A stretch of 64,000 bases of DNA from the NCBI RefSeq assembly GCF_009914755.1, contig NC_060941.1; one strand, written 5' to 3'. This document shows, in pieces, positions 1 through 11,600 of the stretch. The notes under the pieces are model-generated. The model was not told the DNA's origin and ran no database searches. It worked only from the letters and a program-made list of their open reading frames with translations. This DNA comes from the human T2T-CHM13v2.0 reference genome, Homo sapiens. Each line of letters starts with the position of its first letter. The stretch's first letter is position 1. The translations under genes and the position numbers were made by a program.

Positions 1-105
1 GATGACTGCATTCAACTCACGGAGTTGAACACTCCTTTTGAGAGCGCAGTTTTGAAACTCTCTTTCTGTGGCATCTGCAAGGGGACATGTAGACCTCTTT
101 GAAGA

Positions 106-122
106 TTTCGTTGGAAACGGAA
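106..122 (+). other. Degenerate CENP-B box (CGGG>CGGA), fixed in all copies
   Basis: TTTCGTTGGAAACGGAA has one core mismatch and is predicted to bind poorly or not at all. Confidence 0.8.
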
Positions 123-618
123 TCATCTTCACATAAAAACTATACAGATGCATTCTCAGGAACTTTTTGGTGATGTTTGTATTCAACTCCCAGAGTTGAA
201 CTTTCCTTTGGAAAGAGCAGCTATGAAACACTCTTTTTCTAGAATCTGCAAGTGGACGTTTGGAGGGCTTTGTGGTTTGTGGTGGAAAAGGAAATATCTT
301 CACCTAAATACTAGATAGAAGCATTCTCAGAAACTGCTTTGTGATGATTGCATTCACCTCACAGAGTTGAACATTCCTATTGATAGAGCAGTTTGGAAAC
401 ACTCTTGTTGTGGAATGTGCAAGTGGAGATTTGGAGCGCTTTGAGGCCTATGGTAGTAAAGGGAATAGCTTCATAGAAAAACTAGACAGAAGCATTCTCA
501 GAAAATACTTTGTGATGATTGAGTTTAACTCACAGAGCTGAACATTCCTTTGGATGGAGCAGGTTTGAGACACACCTTTTGTAGAATCTACAAGTGGATA
601 TTTGGACCTCTCTGAGGA

Positions 619-635
619 TTTCGTTGGAAACGGGA
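619..635 (+). other. CENP-B box, canonical (recurs every 2,715 bp)
   Basis: TTTCGTTGGAAACGGGA matches the 17-bp box with the core nTTCGnnnnAnnCGGGn intact. Confidence 0.95.
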
Positions 636-784
636 TAACTGCACCTAACTAAACGGAAGCATTCTCAGAAACTTCTTGGTGATGTTTGCATTCAAATCCC
701 AGAGTTGAACCTTCCTTTGATAGTTCAGGTTTGAAACACTCTTTTTGTAGGATCTGCAAGTGGATATTTGGACCACTCTGTGGC

Positions 785-801
785 CTTCGTTCGAAACGGG
801 T
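785..801 (+). other. CENP-B box, W2-type variant with intact core (recurs every 2,715 bp)
   Basis: CTTCGTTCGAAACGGGT has all nine core positions and an extra internal CpG. Confidence 0.9.
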
Positions 802-955
802 ACATCTTCGCATAAAATCTAGACAGAAGCCTTCTCAGAAACTTCTCTGTGATGATTGCATTCAACTCACAGAGTTGAACCCTCCTATGGATAGAGCAGT
901 GTTGAAACTCTCTTTTTGTGGAATCTGCAAGTGGATATGTGGACCTCTCCGAAGA

Positions 956-972
956 TGTCTTTGGAAACGGGA
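956..972 (+). other. Degenerate CENP-B box (TTCG>GTCT), fixed in all copies
   Basis: TGTCTTTGGAAACGGGA has two core mismatches, including loss of the first CpG. Confidence 0.85.
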
Positions 973-1298
973 ATATCTTCACATAAAAACTTAACAGAAG
1001 CATTCTCAGAAACTTCTCTGTGATGTTTGTGTTCAACTCCCAGAGTTTCACATTGCTTTTCATAGAATAGTTCTGTAACATGCTTTTCGTAGTGTCTACA
1101 AGTGGACATTTGGAGCGCTTTCAGGCCTGTGGTGGAAAACGAATTATGGTCACATAAAAACTGGAGAGAAGCATTGTCAGAAACTTCTTTGTGATGATTG
1201 CATTCAACTCACAGAGTTGAAGGTTCCTTTTCAAAGAGCAGTTTCCAATCACTCTTTCTGTGGAATCTGCAAGTGGATATTTGGACCTATTTTGAAGA

Positions 1299-1315
1299 TT
1301 TCGTTGGAAACGGGA
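1299..1315 (+). other. CENP-B box, canonical (recurs every 2,715 bp; broken in copy 16)
   Basis: TTTCGTTGGAAACGGGA. Confidence 0.95.
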
Positions 1316-1811
1316 GAATCTTCACAGGAAAGCTAAACAGAAGCATTCTCAGAAACTTCTTTGTGATGCTTGCATTCAACTCACAGAGTTGAACTTTCCT
1401 TTCGAGAGAGAAGCTTTGAAACACTCTTTTTCCAGAATCTGCAAGTGGACATTTGGAGGGCTTTGAGGCCTGTGGTGGAAAAGGAATTATCTTCCCGTAA
1501 AAGCTAGATAGAAGCATTCTCAGAAACTACTTTGTGATGATTGCATTCAAGTCACAGAGTTGAACATTCCCTTTGACAGAGCAGTTTGGAAACTCTCTTT
1601 GTGTAGAATCTGCAAGTGGAGATATGGACCGCTTTGAGGCCTATGGTAGTAAAGGAAATAGCTTCATATAAAAGCTAGACAGTAGCATTCACAGAAAACT
1701 CTTGGTGACGACTGAGTTTAACTCACAGAGCTGAACATTCCTTTGGATGGAGCAGTTTCGAAACACACTATTTGTAGAATGTGCAAGTGGATATTTAGGC
1801 CTCTCTGAGGA

Positions 1812-1828
1812 TTTCGTTGGAAACGGGA
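1812..1828 (+). other. CENP-B box, canonical; first of three in consecutive monomers
   Basis: TTTCGTTGGAAACGGGA. The last, non-core base is A>T in copies 12, 13, 15, 18, 20, 22 and 23. Confidence 0.95.
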
Positions 1829-1978
1829 TAAACCGCACAGAACTAAACAGAAGCATTCTCAGAACCTTCTTCGTGATGTTTGCATTCAACTCACAGTGTT
1901 GAACCTTTCTTTGATAGTTCAGGTTTGAAACGGTCTTTCTGTAGAAACTGCAAGTAGATATTTGGACCTCTCTGAGGA

Positions 1979-1995
1979 TTTCGTTGGAAACGGGA
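1979..1995 (+). other. CENP-B box, canonical; second of three (core altered in copies 9, 10, 16)
   Basis: TTTCGTTGGAAACGGGA. Confidence 0.95.
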
Positions 1996-2146
1996 TAACC
2001 CGCACAGAACTAAAACAGAAGCATTCTCAGAACCCTCTTCGTGATGTTTGCATTCAACTCACAGTGCTGAACCTTTCTTTGATAGTTCAGCTTTGAAACA
2101 CTCTTTTTGTAGAAACTGCAAGTGGATATTTGGTCCTCTCTGAGGA

Positions 2147-2163
2147 TTTCGTTGGAAACGGGA
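2147..2163 (+). other. CENP-B box, canonical; third of three (first base T/A polymorphic, A creates an EcoRI site)
   Basis: TTTCGTTGGAAACGGGA in copy 1; ATTCGTTGGAAACGGGA in nine other copies. Confidence 0.95.
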
Positions 2164-2483
2164 TAAACTGCACAGAACTAAACAGAAGCATTCTCAGAAC
2201 CTTCTTCGTGATGTCTGCATTCAACTCACAGTGTGGAACCTTTCTTTGATAGTTCAGGTTTGAAACACTCTTTTTGTAGAAACTGCAAGGGGATAATTGC
2301 ACTCTTTGAGGAGTACCGTAGTAAAGGAAATAACTTCCTATAAAAAGAAGACAGAAGCTTTCTCAGAAAATTCTTTGGGATGATTGAGTTGAACTCACAG
2401 AGCTGAGCATTCCTTGCGATGTAGCAGTTTAGAAACACACTTTCTGCAGAATCTGCAAGTGCATATTTGGACCTCTGTGAGGA

Positions 2484-2500
2484 ATTCGTTGGAAACGGGA
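2484..2500 (+). other. CENP-B box overlapping the HOR-defining EcoRI site (GAATTC at 2482-2487, recurring every 2,715 bp)
   Basis: GGAATTCGTTGGAAACGGGA has an intact core. The EcoRI site was seen in all 23 full copies. Confidence 0.93.
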
Positions 2501-2649
2501 TAATTTCAGCTGACTAAACAGAAGCAGTCTCAGAATCTTCTTTGTGATGTTTGCATTCAAATCCCCGAGTTGAACTTTCCTTTCAAAGTTCACGTTTGAA
2601 ACACTCTTTTTGCAGGATCTACAAGTGGATATTTGGACCACTCTGTGTC

Positions 2650-2666
2650 CTTCGTTCGAAACGGGT
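2650..2666 (+). other. CENP-B box, W2-type variant with intact core (recurs every 2,715 bp)
   Basis: CTTCGTTCGAAACGGGT. Confidence 0.9.
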
Positions 2667-5600
2667 ATATCTTCACATGACATCTAGACAGAAGCATCCT
2701 CAGAAGCTTCTCTGTGATGACTGCATTCAACTCACGGAGTTGAACACTCCTTTTGAGAGCGCAGTTTTGAAACTCTCTTTCTGTGGCATCTGCAAGGGGA
2801 CATGTAGACCTCTTTGAAGATTTCGTTGGAAACGGAATCATCTTCACATAAAAACTACACAGATGCATTCTCAGGAACTTTTTGGTGATGTTTGTATTCA
2901 ACTCCCAGAGTTGAACTTTCCTTTGGAAAGAGCAGCTATGAAACACTGTTTTTCTAGAATCTGCAAGTGGACGTTTGGAGGGCTTTGTGGTTTGTGGTGG
3001 AAAAGGAAATATCTTCACCTAAATACTAGATAGAAGCATTCTCAGAAACTGCTTTGTGATGATTGCATTCACCTCACAGAGTTGAACATTCCTATTGATA
3101 GAGCAGTTTGGAAACACTCTTGTTGTGGAATGTGCAAGTGGAGATTTGGAGCGCTTTGAGGCCTATGGTAGTAAAGGGAATAGCTTCATAGAAAAACTAG
3201 ACAGAAGCATTCTCAGAAAATACTTTGTGATGATTGAGTTTAACTCACAGAGCTGAACATTCCTTTGGATGGTGCAGGTTTGAGACACACTTTTTGTAGA
3301 ATCTACAAGTGGATATTTGGACCTCTCTGAGGATTTCGTTGGAAACGGGATAACTGCACCTAACTAAACGGAAGCATTCTCAGAAACTTCTTGGTGATGT
3401 TTGCATTCAAATCCCAGAGTTGAACCTTCCTTTGATAGTTCAGGTTTGAAACACTCTTTTTGTAGGATCTGCAAGTGGATATTTGGACCACTCTGTGGCC
3501 TTCGTTCGAAACGGGTATATCTTCGCATAAAATCTAGACAGAAGCCTTCTCAGAAACTTCTCTGTGATGATTGCATTCAACTCACAGAGTTGAACCCTCC
3601 TATGGATAGAGCAGTGTTGAAACTCTCTTTTTGTGGAATCTGCAAGTGGATATGTGGACCTCTCCGAAGATGTCTTTGGAAACGGGAATATCTTCACATA
3701 AAAACTAAACAGAAGCATTCTCAGAAACTTCTCTGTGATGTTTGTGTTCAACTCCCAGAGTTTCACATTGCTTTTCATAGAGTAGTTCTGAAACATGCTT
3801 TTCGTAGTGTCTACAAGTGGACATTTGGAGCGCTTTCAGGCCTGTGGTGGAAAACGAATTATGGTCACATAAAAACTGGAGAGAAGCATTGTCAGAAACT
3901 TCTTTGTGATGATTGCATTCAACTCACAGAGTTGAAGGTTCCTTTTCAAAGAGCAGTTTCCAATCACTCTTTGTGTGGAATCTGCAAGTGGATATTTGGA
4001 CCTATTTTGAAGATTTCGTTGGAAACGGGAGAATCTTCACAGGAAAGCTAAACAGAAGCATTCTCAGAAACTTCTTTGTGATGCTTGCATTCAACTCACA
4101 GAGTTGAACTTTCCTTTCGAGAGAGAAGCTTTGAAACACTCTTTTTCCAGAATCTGCAAGTGGACATTTGGAGGGCTTTGAGGCCTGTGGTGGAAAAGGA
4201 ATTATCTTCCCGTAAAAGCTAGATAGAAGCATTCTCAGAAACTACTTTGTGATGATTGCATTCAAGTCACAGAGTTGAACATTCCCTTTGACAGAGCAGT
4301 TTGGAAACTCTCTTTGTGTAGAATCTGCAAGTGGAGATATGGACCGCTTTGAGGCCTATGGTAGTAAAGGAAATAGCTTCATATAAAAGCTAGACAGTAG
4401 CATTCACAGAAAACTCTTGGTGACGACTGAGTTTAACTCACAGAGCTGAACATTCCTTTGGATGGAGCAGTTTCGAAACACACTATTTGTAGAATGTGCA
4501 AGTGGATATTTAGGCCTCTCTGAGGATTTCGTTGGAAACGGGATAAACCGCACAGAACTAAACAGAAGCATTCTCAGAACCTTCTTCGTGATGTTTGCAT
4601 TCAACTCACAGTGTTGAACCTTTCTTTGATAGTTCAGGTTTGAAACGGTCTTTCTGCAGAAACTGCAAGTAGATATTTGGACCGCTCTGAGGATTTCGTT
4701 GGAAACGGGATAACCCGCACAGAACTAAAACAGAAGCATTCTCAGAACCCTCTTCGTGATGTTTGCATTCAACTCACAGTGCTGAACCTTTCTTTGATAG
4801 TTCAGCTTTGAAACACTCTTTTTGTAGAAACTGCAAGTGGATATTTGGTCCTCTCTGAGGAATTCGTTGGAAACGGGATAAACTGCACAGAACTAAACAG
4901 AAGCATTCTCAGAACCTTCTTCGTGATGTCTGCATTCAACTCACAGTGTGGAACCTTTCTTTGATAGTTCAGGTTTGAAACACTCTTTTTGTAGAAACTG
5001 CAAGGGGATAATTGCACTCTTTGAGGAGTACCGTAGTAAAGGAAATAACTTCCTATAAAAAGAAGACAGAAGCTTTCTCAGAAAATTCTTTGGGATGATT
5101 GAGTTGAACTCACAGAGCTGAGCATTCCTTGTGATGTAGCAGTTTAGAAACACACTTTCTGCAGAATCTGCAAGTGCATATTTGGACCTCTGTGAGGAAT
5201 TCGTTGGAAACGGGATAATTTCAGCTGACTAAACAGAAGCAGTCTCAGAATCTTCTTTGTGATGTTTGCATTCAAATCCCCGAGTTGAACTTTCCTTTCA
5301 AAGTTCACGTTTGAAACACTCTTTTTGCAGGATCTACAAGTGGATATTTGGACCACTCTGTGTCCTTCGTTCGAAACGGGTATATCTTCACATGACATCT
5401 AGACAGAAGCATCCTCAGAAGCTTCTCTGTGATGACTGCATTCAACTCACGGAGTTGAACACTCCTTTTGAGAGCGCAGTTTTGAAACTCTCTTTCTGTG
5501 GCATCTGCAAGGGGACATGTAGACCTCTTTGAAGATTTCGTTGGAAACGGAATCATCTTCACATAAAAACTACACAGATGCATTCTCAGGAACTTTTTGG

Positions 5601-8600
5601 TGATGTTTGTATTCAACTCCCAGAGTTGAACTTTCCTTTGGAAAGAGCAGCTATGAAACACTGTTTTTCTAGAATCTGCAAGTGGACGTTTGGAGGGCTT
5701 TGTGGTTTGTGGTGGAAAAGGAAATATCTTCACCTAAATACTAGATAGAAGCATTCTCAGAAACTGCTTTGTGATGATTGCATTCACCTCACAGAGTTGA
5801 ACATTCCTATTGATAGAGCAGTTTGGAAACACTCTTGTTGTGGAATGTGCAAGTGGAGATTTGGAGCGCTTTGAGGCCTATGGTAGTAAAGGGAATAGCT
5901 TCATAGAAAAACTAGACAGAAGCATTCTCAGAAAATACTTTGTGATGATTGAGTTTAACTCACAGAGCTGAACATTCCTTTGGATGGTGCAGGTTTGAGA
6001 CACACTTTTTGTAGAATCTACAAGTGGATATTTGGACCTCTCTGAGGATTTCGTTGGAAACGGGATAACTGCACCTAACTAAACGGAAGCATTCTCAGAA
6101 ACTTCTTGGTGATGTTTGCATTCAAATCCCAGAGTTGAACCTTCCTTTGATAGTTCAGGTTTGAAACACTCTTTTTGTAGGATCTGCAAGTGGATATTTG
6201 GACCACTCTGTGGCCTTCGTTCGAAACGGGTATATCTTCGCATAAAATCTAGACAGAAGCCTTCTCAGAAACTTCTCTGTGATGATTGCATTCAACTCAC
6301 AGAGTTGAACCCTCCTATGGATAGAGCAGTGTTGAAACTCTCTTTTTGTGGAATCTGCAAGTGGATATGTGGACCTCTCCGAAGATGTCTTTGGAAACGG
6401 GAATATCTTCACATAAAAACTAAACAGAAGCATTCTCAGAAACTTCTCTGTGATGTTTGTGTTCAACTCCCAGAGTTTCACATTGCTTTTCATAGAGTAG
6501 TTCTGAAACATGCTTTTCGTAGTGTCTACAAGTGGACATTTGGAGCGCTTTCAGGCCTGTGGTGGAAAACGAATTATGGTCACATAAAAACTGGAGAGAA
6601 GCATTGTCAGAAACTTCTTTGTGATGATTGCATTCAACTCACAGAGTTGAAGGTTCCTTTTCAAAGAGCAGTTTCCAATCACTCTTTGTGTGGAATCTGC
6701 AAGTGGATATTTGGACCTATTTTGAAGATTTCGTTGGAAACGGGAGAATCTTCACAGGAAAGCTAAACAGAAGCATTCTCAGAAACTTCTTTGTGATGCT
6801 TGCATTCAACTCACAGAGTTGAACTTTCCTTTCGAGAGAGAAGCTTTGAAACACTCTTTTTCCAGAATCTGCAAGTGGACATTTGGAGGGCTTTGAGGCC
6901 TGTGGTGGAAAAGGAATTATCTTCCCGTAAAAGCTAGATAGAAGCATTCTCAGAAACTACTTTGTGATGATTGCATTCAAGTCACAGAGTTGAACATTCC
7001 CTTTGACAGAGCAGTTTGGAAACTCTCTTTGTGTAGAATCTGCAAGTGGAGATATGGACCGCTTTGAGGCCTATGGTAGTAAAGGAAATAGCTTCATATA
7101 AAAGCTAGACAGTAGCATTCACAGAAAACTCTTGGTGACGACTGAGTTTAACTCACAGAGCTGAACATTCCTTTGGATGGAGCAGTTTCGAAACACACTA
7201 TTTGTAGAATGTGCAAGTGGATATTTAGGCCTCTCTGAGGATTTCGTTGGAAACGGGATAAACCGCACAGAACTAAACAGAAGCATTCTCAGAACCTTCT
7301 TCGTGATGTTTGCATTCAACTCACAGTGTTGAACCTTTCTTTGATAGTTCAGGTTTGAAACGGTCTTTCTGCAGGAACTGCAAGTAGATATTTGGACCGC
7401 TCTGAGGATTTCGTTGGAAACGGGATAACCCGCACAGAACTAAAACAGAAGCATTCTCAGAACCCTCTTCGTGATGTTTGCATTCAACTCACAGTGCTGA
7501 ACCTTTCTTTGATAGTTCAGCTTTGAAACACTCTTTTTGTAGAAACTGCAAGTGGATATTTGGTCCTCTCTGAGGAATTCGTTGGAAACGGGATAAACTG
7601 CACAGAACTAAACAGAAGCATTCTCAGAACCTTCTTCGTGATGTCTGCATTCAACTCACAGTGTGGAACCTTTCTTTGATAGTTCAGGTTTGAAACACTC
7701 TTTTTGTAGAAACTGCAAGGGGATAATTGCACTCTTTGAGGAGTACCGTAGTAAAGGAAATAACTTCCTATAAAAAGAAGACAGAAGCTTTCTCAGAAAA
7801 TTCTTTGGGATGATTGAGTTGAACTCACAGAGCTGAGCATTCCTTGTGATGTAGCAGTTTAGAAACACACTTTCTGCAGAATCTGCAAGTGCATATTTGG
7901 ACCTCTGTGAGGAATTCGTTGGAAACGGGATAATTTCAGCTGACTAAACAGAAGCAGTCTCAGAATCTTCTTTGTGATGTTTGCATTCAAATCCCCGAGT
8001 TGAACTTTCCTTTCAAAGTTCACGTTTGAAACACTCTTTTTGCAGGATCTACAAGTGGATATTTGGACCACTCTGTGTCCTTCGTTCGAAACGGGTATAT
8101 CTTCACATGACATCTAGACAGAAGCATCCTCAGAAGCTTCTCTGTGATGACTGCATTCAACTCACGGAGTTGAACACTCCTTTTGAGAGCGCAGTTTTGA
8201 AACTCTCTTTCTGTGGCATCTGCAAGGGGACATGTAGACCTCTTTGAAGATTTCGTTGGAAACGGAATCATCTTCACATAAAAACTATACAGATGCATTC
8301 TCAGGAACTTTTTGGTGATGTTTGTATTCAACTCCCAGAGTTGAACTTTCCTTTGGAAAGAGCAGCTATGAAACACTCTTTTTCTAGAATCTGCAAGTGG
8401 ACGTTTGGAGGGCTTTGTGGTTTGTGGTGGAAAAGGAAATATCTTCACCTAAATACTAGATAGAAGCATTCTCAGAAACTGCTTTGTGATGATTGCATTC
8501 ACCTCACAGAGTTGAACATTCCTATTGATAGAGCAGTTTGGAAACACTCTTGTTGTGGAATGTGCAAGTGGAGATTTGGAGCGCTTTGAGGCCTATGGTA

Positions 8601-11600
8601 GTAAAGGGAATAGCTTCATAGAAAAACTAGACAGAAGCATTCTCAGAAAATACTTTGTGATGATTGAGTTTAACTCACAGAGCTGAACATTCCTTTGGAT
8701 GGAGCAGGTTTGAGACACACCTTTTGTAGAATCTACAAGTGGATATTTGGACCTCTCTGAGGATTTCGTTGGAAACGGGATAACTGCACCTAACTAAACG
8801 GAAGCATTCTCAGAAACTTCTTGGTGATGTTTGCATTCAAATCCCAGAGTTGAACCTTCCTTTGATAGTTCAGGTTTGAAACACTCTTTTTGTAGGATCT
8901 GCAAGTGGATATTTGGACCACTCTGTGGCCTTCGTTCGAAACGGGTACATCTTCGCATAAAATCTAGACAGAAGCCTTCTCAGAAACTTCTCTGTGATGA
9001 TTGCATTCAACTCACAGAGTTGAACCCTCCTATGGATAGAGCAGTGTTGAAACTCTCTTTTTGTGGAATCTGCAAGTGGATATGTGGACCTCTCCGAAGA
9101 TGTCTTTGGAAACGGGAATATCTTCACATAAAAACTTAACAGAAGCATTCTCAGAAACTTCTCTGTGATGTTTGTGTTCAACTCCCAGAGTTTCACATTG
9201 CTTTTCATAGAGTAGTTCTGAAACATGCTTTTCGTAGTGTCTACAAGTGGACATTTGGAGCGCTTTCAGGCCTGTGGTGGAAAACGAATTATGGTCACAT
9301 AAAAACTGGAGAGAAGCATTGTCAGAAACTTCTTTGTGATGATTGCATTCAACTCACAGAGTTGAAGGTTCCTTTTCAAAGAGCAGTTTCCAATCACTCT
9401 TTCTGTGGAATCTGCAAGTGGATATTTGGACCTATTTTGAAGATTTCGTTGGAAACGGGAGAATCTTCACAGGAAAGCTAAACAGAAGCATTCTCAGAAA
9501 CTTCTTTGTGATGCTTGCATTCAACTCACAGAGTTGAACTTTCCTTTCGAGAGAGAAGCTTTGAAACACTCTTTTTCCAGAATCTGCAAGTGGACATTTG
9601 GAGGGCTTTGAGGCCTGTGGTGGAAAAGGAATTATCTTCCCGTAAAAGCTAGATAGAAGCATTCTCAGAAACTACTTTGTGATGATTGCATTCAAGTCAC
9701 AGAGTTGAACATTCCCTTTGACAGAGCAGTTTGGAAACTCTCTTTGTGTAGAATCTGCAAGTGGAGATATGGACCGCTTTGAGGCCTATGGTAGTAAAGG
9801 AAATAGCTTCATATAAAAGCTAGACAGTAGCATTCACAGAAAACTCTTGGTGACGACTGAGTTTAACTCACAGAGCTGAACATTCCTTTGGATGGAGCAG
9901 TTTCGAAACACACTATTTGTAGAATGTGCAAGTGGATATTTAGGCCTCTCTGAGGATTTCGTTGGAAACGGGATAAACCACACAGAACTAAACAGAAGCA
10001 TTCTCAGAACCTTCTTCGTGATGTTTGCATTCAACTCACAGTGTTGAACCTTTCTTTGATAGTTCAGGTTTGAAACGGTCTTTCTGTAGAAACTGCAAGT
10101 AGATATTTGGACCTCTCTGAGGATTTCGTTGGAAACGGGATAACCCGCACAGAACTAAAACAGAAGCATTCTCAGAACCCTCTTCGTGATGTTTGCATTC
10201 AACTCACAGTGCTGAACCTTTCTTTGATAGTTCAGCTTTGAAACACTCTTTTTGTAGAAACTGCAAGTGGATATTTGGTCCTCTCTGAGGATTTCGTTGG
10301 AAACGGGATAAACTGCACAGAACTAAACAGAAGCATTCTCAGAACCTTCTTCGTGATGTCTGCATTCAACTCACAGTGTGGAACCTTTCTTTGATAGTTC
10401 AGGTTTGAAACACTCTTTTTGTAGAAACTGCAAGGGGATAATTGCACTCTTTGAGGAGTACCGTAGTAAAGGAAATAACTTCCTATAAAAAGAAGACAGA
10501 AGCTTTCTCAGAAAATTCTTTGGGATGATTGAGTTGAACTCACAGAGCTGAGCATTCCTTGCGATGTAGCAGTTTAGAAACACACTTTCTGCAGAATCTG
10601 CAAGTGCATATTTGGACCTCTGTGAGGAATTCGTTGGAAACGGGATAATTTCAGCTGACTAAACAGAAGCAGTCTCAGAATCTTCTTTGTGATGTTTGCA
10701 TTCAAATCCCCGAGTTGAACTTTCCTTTCAAAGTTCACGTTTGAAACACTCTTTTTGCAGGATCTACAAGTGGATATTTGGACCACTCTGTGTCCTTCGT
10801 TCGAAACGGGTATATCTTCACATGACATCTAGACAGAAGCATCCTCAGAAGCTTCTCTGTGATGACTGCATTCAACTCACGGAGTTGAACACTCCTTTTG
10901 AGAGCGCAGTTTTGAAACTCTCTTTCTGTGGCATCTGCAAGGGGACATGTAGACCTCTTTGAAGATTTCGTTGGAAACGGAATCATCTTCACATAAAAAC
11001 TACACAGATGCATTCTCAGGAACTTTTTGGTGATGTTTGTATTCAACTCCCAGAGTTGAACTTTCCTTTGGAAAGAGCAGCTATGAAACACTCTTTTTCT
11101 AGAATCTGCAAGTGGACGTTTGGAGGGCTTTGTGGTTTGTGGTGGAAAAGGAAATATCTTCACCTAAATACTAGATAGAAGCATTCTCAGAAACTGCTTT
11201 GTGATGATTGCATTCACCTCACAGAGTTGAACATTCCTCTTGATAGAGCAGTTTGGAAACACTCTTGTTGTGGAATGTGCAAGTGGAGATTTGGAGCGCT
11301 TTGAGGCCTATGGTAGTAAAGGGAATAGCTTCATAGAAAAACTAGACAGAAGCATTCTCAGAAAATACTTTGTGATGATTGAGTTTAACTCACAGAGCTG
11401 AACATTCCTTTGGATGGAGCAGGTTTGAGACACACTTTTTGTAGAATCTACAAGTGGATATTTGGACCTCTCTGAGGATTTCGTTGGAAACGGGATAACT
11501 GCACCTAACTAAACGGAAGCATTCTCAGAAACTTCTTGGTGATGTTTGCATTCAAATCCCAGAGTTGAACCTTCCTTTGATAGTTCAGGTTTGAAACACT

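Larger units (their letters stand above)
1740..2290 (+). repeat. Intra-HOR tandem triplication of a ~167-168-bp monomer-length segment (boundaries approximate)
   Basis: The segment CTCTGAGGATTTCGTTGGAAACGGGATAA..GCACAGAACTAAA..CAGAAGCATTCTCAGAACC..CTTCGTGATGT.TGCATTCAACTCACAGTG..GAACCTTTCTTTGATAGTTCAG occurs three times, at about 1803, 1970 and 2138. The three copies resemble each other far more than they resemble other monomers. Confidence 0.9.
151..2865 (+). repeat. One complete HOR unit of 16 monomers (167-172 bp each)
   Basis: Phased on the CATTCTCAG-like motif, monomers start at 151, 322, 493, 660, 830, 1001, 1172, 1344, 1515, 1686, 1854, 2022, 2189, 2358, 2525 and 2695; the next unit starts at 2866. 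Inferred SF3 types, from the box region of each monomer: W4 W5 W1 W2 W3 W4 W3 W4 W5 W1 W1 W1 W5 W1 W2 W3. Confidence 0.93.

Noticed and set aside
324-332. TTCTCAGAA matches a STAT GAS motif (TTCN3GAA) in many monomers; GAA/TTC repeats resemble a heat-shock element
   Set aside because: This is part of the general alphoid consensus and is a short motif. The GAA/TTC spacing does not fit nGAAn arrays, and nothing here supports a regulatory function.
725-3018. Numerous 64-142-aa overlapping ORFs on both strands
   Set aside because: They overlap in several frames, recur only because the DNA repeats, and show no gene structure.
3401-4051. 216-aa + strand ORF repeated in most HOR copies (Cys/His/Lys-rich, internally repetitive)
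   Set aside because: It starts at TTG rather than ATG, and its ~57-aa periodicity is simply 171/3. It has no recognisable domain, and the CxxC-like words do not form zinc-finger spacing. It is truncated by a stop in copies 1, 4, 12, 18 and 20. This is a typical spurious alphoid translation.
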